A DNA stretch of 64,000 nt from Carpediemonas membranifera BICM. Its lineage: Eukaryota; Protista; Fornicata. Numbering within the stretch: the first letter of the stretch is position 1; every line of letters starts with the position of its first letter. A program made the translations under genes and the position numbers. This document shows positions 55,701 to 64,000 of this stretch, piece after piece. The stretch lies in contig JAHDYR010000015.1 in the NCBI GenBank assembly GCA_019828565.1, positions 630,240 to 694,239 on the forward strand, in the 5' to 3' direction. The notes beneath the pieces were generated by a model. The model was not told the origin of the DNA, did not search any database, and saw nothing but the letters and a program-made list of their open reading frames with translations.

Positions 55701-58700
55701 CCCACCGTCTCATCGGCGGGCTGGGCGGCGAGAAGTCACGGTGGGAGGAGACTGTCGAGAAGCTCAGCGCCGACGAGGTCAACCTCGTGGGGGACATGCT
55801 CGTCGCTGCCGGCGGCGTGGCGTACTTTGGTGCGTTCACGGCCGACTTCAGGCACCGCATGGCGAAGACGTGGTACGAAGACATGGAGAAGCTGGGAATC
55901 CCCTTCACCCACGACAGCACGGCCCTCAGCGTACTCACAGACCCCGTCCAGGTGAGGAACTGGCTGGCCTTCAACCTCCCCGGCGACTCCCATTCCGTAG
56001 AGAACGCCGTCATCATGAGCCAGGCCCGGCGCTGGCCGTTCTTCATCGACCCCCAGGGCCAGGCGAACAAGTGGGTGAAAACGATGGAGAAGGATAACAG
56101 CCTCGACGTCATCAAGCTCTCGGACAAGGACTACCTCCGCACGCTCGAGAACGACATCCGCTTCGGCCGGCCATGCCTCATTGAGAACGTCGGCGAGGAG
56201 CTCGACCCCGCCCTCGAGCCTATCCTGCTGCAGCAGACGTTCAAGCAGGGCGGCCAGGTGTCGATCAAGCTCGGCGACTCAACCATCCCGTACCACCCCG
56301 ACTTCAAGCTCTACCTGACGTCCAAGCTGCCCTCCCCCAACCTCTCGCCCGAGCTCTCCGTCAAGGTGACTCTGCTCAACTTCGGTATCACCAACGACGG
56401 CCTCGAGGACCAGCTGCTCGGCCTTGTCGTCCGCAAGGAGCGCCCCGACCTCGAGGAGATGAAGGCGCAGTTGGTGCAGTCCAACGCCCGCATGAAGAAC
56501 GAGCTGAAGGCCATCCAGGACAAGATCCTCGAACTACTCTCTCAGTCCGAGGGCAACATCCTCGACGACGAGGTCCTCATCAACACTCTGCAGCAATCAA
56601 AGGTCACGTCCGAGGAGATCCAGCAGAAGGTCGCCGAGGCCGAGGAGACGGAACGCGACATCGACCACACAAGAGAGGAGTACCGGCCAGTCGCCCAGCG
56701 CGGGTCTGTGTTGTACTTCAGCGTCAACGACCTCGCCAACATCGACCCGATGTACCAGTACAGCCTCCAGTGGTTCGTAGCACTCTTCGCATCGTCAATC
56801 GACGCCGCACCCGGGTCAGCTGACCTTAAAGTGCGTCTAGAATCTCTGGACAGCACGTTCTTGTACAACCTGTACAAGAACGTTTGCCGCTCGCTGTTCG
56901 AGAAGCACAAGCTGATGTTCTCGTTCCTACTGACGGTTCGCCTCCAGATCTTCGAGGGCCTCCTTTCCGACGAGGCGTACCAGTTCCTCATCAACGGTAC
57001 GACCCTCGCCGAGCCAACGGAGCCCAAGCCCGAGTGCCAGTGGGTCGACGACAGCATGTGGCTGCAGCTGTGCGGCCTCCAGCACCACGCGGAGTTCACG
57101 GAGATCCTCACCAGCGTCAAGGCCGACCTGGCCGGCTGGAAGGAGTACTTCGACGACGAGCAGCCCCAGAGCCGCACAACCCTACCCCCGCCGTTCGGGG
57201 ACTCGACCACCCACTTTGACAGGCTCATGATCCTGCGCTGCTTCAGGCCCGACAAGGTTGTCGACTGCGTGACTGACTACATCGTCGAGAAGCTCGGCCA
57301 GAAGTTTGTCGAGCCCCCGACGTTCAACCTCGCTGACATCTTCGAGGACTCGAACTCTGTGACGCCCCTCATCTTCGTCCTCAGTGCCGGCGCTGACCCG
57401 GCAGGCGAGCTCATGAAGTTTGCCGAGGACATGCACATGGCCCGGAAGATGGCGTCGATCTCTCTTGGCCAAGGTCAGGGCCCCCGCGCCGAGAAGATGA
57501 TCCAGGACGGACAGGAGCGCGGCATGTGGATCCTGCTGCAGAACTGCCATCTCGCCGTGTCATGGTTGCCATCCCTCGCCCGCATCGTCGAGAGCATGGC
57601 TGGCGAGGCCGGCCGCATCAACAAGGACTTCCGCCTGTGGCTGACGTCGATGCCATCCAAGGACTTCCCGGTGCCCGTGCTGCAGGACGCGATCAAGATC
57701 ACGAACGAGCCCCCCAAGGGCCTGAGGTCCAATCTGCTCAGGACATGGTCTGGCTACGACGACAGGTGGCTGGACGAGGCCACCACCCGCCCCGGCCAGT
57801 TCAAGAAGATCCTGTACGGCCTCACGCTGTTCCACGCCATCATGCAGGAGCGGCGTCGCTTCGGGCCCCTCGGCTTCAACATCCAATATGAGTTTACGAC
57901 CAGCGACCTCGAGGTCTGTGCCAAGCAGCTTGTTATGATCATGGACAAGTACCAGGACATCCCCTATAACGTGCTGCAGTTCCTGTCTGCGGAGATCAAC
58001 TACGGCGGCTCTGTGACGGACGATTGGGACCGCCGCGCCGTCAACAACATCATCCAGGTCTACCTCATCCCTGATGTCCAGGATGACACCTACAGCTTCT
58101 CTAAGTCGGGCAAGTACGTCTCACCCGCCGTCGGCACGCAGAAGGAGTATCTCGAGGTCATCAAGGGCCTGCCACTCAACCCGCAGCCTGAGGTCTTCGG
58201 CATGCACGCCAACGCCGACATCACGTGCGCCCGTCAGGAGACGCAGGCCATGTTCGACGACCTGCTCGACCTGCAGCCCCAGACAGCCTCTGGCTCTGGC
58301 CGCACGCGCGAGGAGATCATCGACGAGCTCGCCGCCGACCTCTTTGACCGACTCCCGAAGCGCTTCGACGTGGCCGGCGTCAGTACCCGCTACCCGACGG
58401 TGTACGAGGAGAGCATGAACACCGTGCTGACCCAGGAGTGCACGCGGTACAACAAGCTCATCAAGGCGATCGCCACCAGCCTGCCCGACCTCCGCAAGGC
58501 CCTCAAGGGCATCGTGGTCATGTCTGAGCAGCTCGAGACCGTGGCCGACGCGCTCTTCAACAACCGCGTCCCGACGTCGTGGGAGGGTGTTGCCTATCCG
58601 TCCCTGAAGCCCCTCGCCTCTTGGTTCAATGACCTGCTGCAACGAATCGACTTCATCCAGGACTGGATTGATCACGGAATCCCCATGTCCTTCTGGATCT

Positions 58701-59158
58701 CCGGGTTCTTCTTCCCGCAGGCTTTCCTCACCGGCACTCTCCAGAACTTTGCCCGTAAGGAGCGCGTGTCTGTCGACGCGGTGTCTTTCAAGACAATCAT
58801 CGTAGACACCATCGACCACGAGGACGTCAAGGAGAAGCCCGCAGACGGCTGCTACATCTACGGCCTCTTCATCGAGGGCGCCCGTTGGGACAGCGAGCGG
58901 CACCTGTTGGCGGACTCGAGGCCCAAGGAGCTCTACACGACGATGCCGATGATCCACCTGTTCCCTGTGTCTGAGCGCGTCATCCCCGAGACGGGCATCT
59001 ACCACAGCCCTGTGTACAAGACCCTCACCCGTGCTGGTACACTCAGCACCACGGGCCACAGTACGAACTACGTTCTGGCCCTGGAGCTGCCAACAGACGA
59101 ACCCCAGCAGAAGTGGATCATGCGCGGCACCGCCATGGTCTGTGCCCTGCAGTTCTAA
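46727..59158 (+). CDS. DNAH1: Axonemal inner-arm dynein heavy chain, DNAH1-like, four exons
   Basis: [12 protein letters not shown]-terminus. P-loops [32 protein letters not shown]. Removing three introns restores [23 protein letters not shown]...VPDYALIAE...[13 protein letters not shown]. Ends at [14 protein letters not shown]. Confidence 0.93.
51351..51383 (+). other. Spliceosomal intron, 33 nt (dynein intron 1)
   Basis: gtttgttatgatccctagttcactctcacacag. Contains an in-frame stop; removal gives [12 protein letters not shown]. Confidence 0.92.
51480..51507 (+). other. Spliceosomal intron, 28 nt (dynein intron 2)
   Basis: gtgcgttacttccccccatctaacccag. Removal gives MVPDYALI. Confidence 0.92.
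51625..51653 (+). other. Spliceosomal intron, 29 nt (dynein intron 3)
   Basis: gttcgtcccacccccaccgcttaccacag. Removal gives [12 protein letters not shown]. Confidence 0.92.
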
Positions 59159-59177
59159 GTGTGTAAATAAGCTTTTA

Positions 59178-59285
59178 CGTCTCGCCTGGCTTGGAATCAT
59201 CATCGCCGGGGCAGGCCTGGTCGAGGGCATCCTGTTCATGGCGGCCGTGAACGTGGTGGCGGTCGGCTCGTTCATCGTGCCGTGA
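59178..59285 (+). pseudogene. Orphan 3' fragment of the multi-TM paralog 2 gene carried in the duplication
   Basis: RLAWLGIIIAGAGLVEGILFMAAVNVVAVGSFIVP* is identical to the end of 39147-39812, with no upstream part. Confidence 0.85.
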
Positions 59286-59363
59286 AGACGGCGCGGCGTC
59301 TGCATAAAGAGACCAAGGCAGTGCAGTTTATCGGAGCATAACATAGAGAGCTCGGATGGTGGT

Positions 59364-59891
59364 CTAGTGTAGCAGGAATGCGGGCAGGCTGTGGTGTCTG
59401 TCGGGGTCGCCGATGATCGGCACCACGTGGCGCCCGGTCGGCGCGGCGAACGTGGCTGGCGGCGACGCGTCGGACTGCGTCGTGGGCGTGAACTCGCTGA
59501 ACGCGACCTGGGTGAGCGCCGCGAGCGAGGGCTCGACGCGGCGGCGTCTGCGTCTGCGCGGGGGCGGCGTGGGAAGACGCTCGCGGATCTCGTCGATGCG
59601 CATGCCGTGCTCGTCGCTGAGGTCGTCAATGGAGGCGAGACCGTGGATCCGCATGATCTTGTGGCGGAACTTCTGCAGATGCGACGCGACGTTCTCGCGC
59701 GAGAGGCCGTCGGTGTCCATGAGCGTCAGGATGTAGCGCGGTTGGGCGGAGCGGATGCCCACGTCCATCACGATGTCCTCGAATTTCTTGTGCAGCTCCT
59801 CCGTCCACGTAACGCGCTGTTTGCGGCCCTTTGGTTTTGCGATCGGGCTCATTGCGAGCGGTGTGTTCGGAAAGGCTGTTTTCGCGATCAT
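59364..59891 (-). CDS. GARP/SHAQKYF-class Myb transcription factor, copy 2 (identical to copy 1)
   Basis: Identical 175-aa translation. Confidence 0.92.
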   Translation of the reverse strand: MIAKTAFPNTPLAMSPIAKPKGRKQRVTWTEELHKKFEDIVMDVGIRSAQPRYILTLMDTDGLSRENVASHLQKFRHKIMRIHGLASIDDLSDEHGMRIDEIRERLPTPPPRRRRRRRVEPSLAALTQVAFSEFTPTTQSDASPPATFAAPTGRHVVPIIGDPDRHHSLPAFLLH

Positions 59892-60132
59892 TCGGCGGCA
59901 GAATCAAGTATCATTGGTTCGAGGTGCAAGGAGATTCATTTACGGCTGGCAGGCCGATATACTATACCTCATGTAAATCGGTATCCCTGGAAACGACGTT
60001 GCACTGGATTCAGCGGTATGTCCTCGTGCCTTTGGAGGTAACACTGCACGGGGTTTCGTCAATTGCTGCTTCCGGGTTAGGGCGCATGATGAAGGGGTGG
60101 CACAACACGATGATTTATACCGATTACGCCGC

Positions 60133-60852
60133 TCAGCGCAGCATGGCGCCGAACAGCATGAGGATTGGGAAGGATGTGATACACAGCACTCCCTCGACAA
60201 TGTCGAAGATGTTGAGGCCTATGGACAAGGACGTCAGCGGGCGGGGCCTCCGCTTCATCTCACGGGGCATGGAGACCAAGACGAAGACGAGAAGGGTGAT
60301 GGAGAGTGCGATCTCGAAGATGCCGACGAGCCAGAGCACATTGAAGTAGAAGCCGAACAGTAGCCCTGGGACAAGGATCAACGCCAGGCTCAGCGGCACC
60401 AGGAGGAAGTTGAACACGCCACACATGATGAACGTCATGATCCGCACGATCCTGTGGACCTGCAGCTTGCGGGCCTGGCGGGGGTCCTTATCGCCGGGCT
60501 TGGGCGCGCCTGAAAAGACCGGGGGCGGCGGTACTGCCGACTGCTGCATGGGCATGGGCGGCTGCGCCTGTGGCTGCGGCTGGAACTGTGGCGCCGGGGG
60601 CATTGGTACGGCGGCGGGAAGTGGCTGAGAATAGCCGCTGTCCGAGCGCTCAAACGGCGCAGCCGCGTAGTATGGCGTCTCCTGCTGTGTGTTGTACTGC
60701 CCGTAGTTCACGGTCTCATACGCAGGGGCCGATGGTGCTTGGCCATACGGTTGTTGGTTAGGAACGCCGTAGGGGCCTGCTGCGTCCATGCCTTGAGGTT
60801 GAGAGTAGTCATAGTTGTTTCCATAGTTGTTGTAGTTGTAGTTATCTGCCAT
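60133..60852 (-). CDS. Unknown multi-TM protein, paralog 3
   Basis: N/Y/Q/P-rich N-terminus with PSAP, then FNFLLVPL...FYFNVLWLVG...IVEGVL. Confidence 0.75.
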   Translation of the reverse strand: MADNYNYNNYGNNYDYSQPQGMDAAGPYGVPNQQPYGQAPSAPAYETVNYGQYNTQQETPYYAAAPFERSDSGYSQPLPAAVPMPPAPQFQPQPQAQPPMPMQQSAVPPPPVFSGAPKPGDKDPRQARKLQVHRIVRIMTFIMCGVFNFLLVPLSLALILVPGLLFGFYFNVLWLVGIFEIALSITLLVFVLVSMPREMKRRPRPLTSLSIGLNIFDIVEGVLCITSFPILMLFGAMLR

Positions 60853-61197
60853 CCAGAGGTTTTCCTGGTCTCTTCAACAGAATGCTCTCAATTTGGAGAT
60901 TAGATCACAGCCTGACCCGGTCGTCATCACGGACAGGGCACCACGACATAGCATTCACTCATGGCATGTAAACAAGTCACGCTAAGCCCACGGCTGCCGC
61001 GGGTCTCCAACAGTCCGCCCATCTTCAAGAATGGTCATGACACGAGCTCATTGACCCGAGAAGACCCGGCTGACGGACTGCTACGGCCTGTGGGGTGGCG
61101 ATGCCGACCCATTCCCTTTTTTCATCGACTGATTGAGGGAGGATTTGACCAAATCCGACTCGACAATTATGGAAGAAGACATCACTCTTGTGATTAG

Positions 61198-62290
<1,093 letters not shown>

Positions 62291-62895
62291 ATTCTGTGAT
62301 TGATTTATGATCGGTGGCAGGCAATACTGGGACTTCCGGATGAGGGAGATAGGGCAGTACAGCCGGCACGGAGCAGTACTACTACGAGCAGTCCCAGAGC
62401 AGTCTATTCTGTTGCGCAGTGTAAACACAACCGCGAGCCGGGCCAGCAGGCATGAGTAGAGATATTTTGCTGCGGCGTAATCCCCCACTCTCCGTTCTTC
62501 GGTGTAGTCCTGTCTGAAAGCTTGCTTGATGGAGGCTTTGATCGTATATATCTCCATCTTGTTGCGCACTACTGGTGTGCAGCTGATCATTGATGAAGAT
62601 GACATATAAGAGCCGACGATGAACACCATTACCAGCCTATACAAGTGTAGAAGTGAATTTAATGCGGAATAGAAGACAATGAGACGACGTGTGAGCTTGA
62701 GATTGTGATGTTTGCAGCTGTGCTGACGTCCACGAAGAAGACGCTTTGTGGAAGCCCTGGAGAAGACGATCTCCCTACCGACTTAAGACGTGAGTAGGAG
62801 GGAGACAGGGCAGTGTTGCGCAGTATAAACACATTGTTGGACCCTTCAATAGCACATATTCGCCTAGCCTAAAGTGCACAGCAGAGAGACACACA

Positions 62896-64000
62896 ATGAC
62901 GAGGACGACAATCGAGCCTATTTCCACGCTTCCTGTGAAGGTTGCTACAGATGAGAGCTCTAATAATTACCAAGTAACCAGTGAAACCGCCACTAGGGAC
63001 GTGGAGAACCTGCACCGCGCCTCGGGAAATTACTTCGAGACAAACGCGCGCTGCCCACACAAGATATTCCTTCGATTTAGCAACGCTCGGATAATTACGC
63101 ACGTGTACATGAATCTTCACCGCTCGGACCAGTCATACTGCCCCAAGGTAGTCCGTGTGCACCCAGTGCTCGCCTCGGGTGAGTCCCAGCCCGCGTTGGA
63201 GTACAAGCTCGCCCACCGCACCGGGTGGTTTGTCCTTCCGACCGGGACCAGTGAGTCTGTGACGGAGGTGACCCTCACGGTGGTCAAGAACCACAGCAAC
63301 GGCCGCGACTGCCGTATCCGGTGTATCAGAGTGCACTGCGAGCTCGACACCAGCAAGCCGCTCGAAGCTGTCCTGCTCACTGCCAGTGGTGTTTCATTCA
63401 GCGCCATCCACCCTGACACGGGCTCCGTCCCGACAGATTGCACACTCGCCATGGCCGACGGCGAGCTCAACGCCCATAAGGCTGTGCTCATGGCCGCGTC
63501 TGAGTACTTCCGGGCGATGCTGGTTTCCGGCATGCTGGAATCTGGGGGGCGGGTGAGTCTGCCGGACATCCCGACTGAGACGATGCGGGCCGTGATTGAC
63601 TTCATATATCTGGGGACACTCGAACTCAACTGCGGCAAGGACGACGTATTTGAGATCCAGACACCGCAAGGCGAGACGCTTCTCTTCACCGGACCAGTCG
63701 GGTTCACCCTGAACCTCTTCGTCGTGGCACAACGGCTGGCCCTCGGCGGGTTGTGCGGCAGCATTGCCTCGTGGATGGTCCAGAGCATCTCCCTGCTTGC
63801 ACAGACGGACTCCTTCGTCGGCTTCATCACAGCGTTTACGGACAGCCACCTGGACAAGGTCTGCTCGGCTTACCTGCTGCTCAACCCCATCGCCGCCCTG
63901 TATGACGGCACGCTCGACCGCATGGGGGACGGCGTGCTGCGTACCTTCGTCAGCAAGCTCATCGGCACTGAGGCCGTCCAGCAATTCAACATGCCCGAGA
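62896..64000 (+). CDS. DOC/APC10-domain plus BTB/POZ-domain protein, runs off the right edge (absent from the ORF track)
   Basis: Open frame from ATG 62896. NYFETNARCPHKIFLRF...DQSYCPKVVRV...TGWF...NHSNGRDCRIRCIRV is DOC-like. TDCTL...AHKAVLMAASEYFRAML..GMLES...VIDFIYLG is BTB. Confidence 0.8.
   Translation, partial: MTRTTIEPISTLPVKVATDESSNNYQVTSETATRDVENLHRASGNYFETNARCPHKIFLRFSNARIITHVYMNLHRSDQSYCPKVVRVHPVLASGESQPALEYKLAHRTGWFVLPTGTSESVTEVTLTVVKNHSNGRDCRIRCIRVHCELDTSKPLEAVLLTASGVSFSAIHPDTGSVPTDCTLAMADGELNAHKAVLMAASEYFRAMLVSGMLESGGRVSLPDIPTETMRAVIDFIYLGTLELNCGKDDVFEIQTPQGETLLFTGPVGFTLNLFVVAQRLALGGLCGSIASWMVQSISLLAQTDSFVGFITAFTDSHLDKVCSAYLLLNPIAALYDGTLDRMGDGVLRTFVSKLIGTEAVQQFNMPE

Larger units (their letters stand above)
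59178..59944 (-). repeat. Right arm of the 767-bp inverted duplication
   Basis: Reverse complement of 38488-39254. Starts about 20 nt after the dynein stop. Confidence 0.95.

Noticed and set aside
46727-59158. Split or trans-spliced dynein (two ORFs of 1544 and 2495 aa)
   Set aside because: Three ordinary cis GT-AG introns join the pieces into a continuous conserved AAA1 sequence.
58121-59629. 502-aa minus-strand ORF across the dynein end and the right repeat arm
   Set aside because: Chance fusion of an alternative GARP frame with the dynein antisense shadow; no ATG start or recognisable domain.
38488-59944. Classical DNA transposon or Polinton with terminal inverted repeats
   Set aside because: No transposase, integrase, polymerase or capsid gene and no visible target-site duplication. 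The cargo is housekeeping flagellar genes, and one arm overlaps a host gene end.

Overview
Gene-dense eukaryotic DNA, not prokaryotic. It uses the standard code, has short intergenic spacers and GC3-rich ORFs, and carries a few tiny (28-46 nt) GT-AG introns whose branch point abuts the 3' splice site. Flagellar genes (an inner-arm dynein heavy chain of DNAH1 type and IFT144) and this intron style suggest a flagellated metamonad, possibly a Carpediemonas-like free-living fornicate (inference). From left to right the window holds: a giant secreted FG-GAP propeller plus Cys-rich stalk gene built on a 768-bp tandem array running off the left edge; an 1135-aa protein made of about 7 tandem HEPN-like domains, only one with an intact RxxxxH motif; Sec3 with an in-frame TAG and a frameshift; MATE; TANGO2; PHGDH-like; ELM2-SANT; an apparent WDR18/Ipi3-PELP1/Rix1 fusion; queuosine salvage hydrolase; INTS9-like; a TM-RING ligase; DPM3; CPSF100; a hybrid histidine kinase; an M28 peptidase; a plant ARR-B-type GARP Myb gene inside a 767-bp inverted duplication that brackets ~20 kb (RCC1-like, IFT144, dynein); three paralogs of an unrecognised multi-TM family; GAPDH; and a DOC/APC10-BTB fusion running off the right edge. 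Several single-base frameshifts in homopolymers look like long-read assembly errors. All family assignments are by-eye motif recognition, not database searches.
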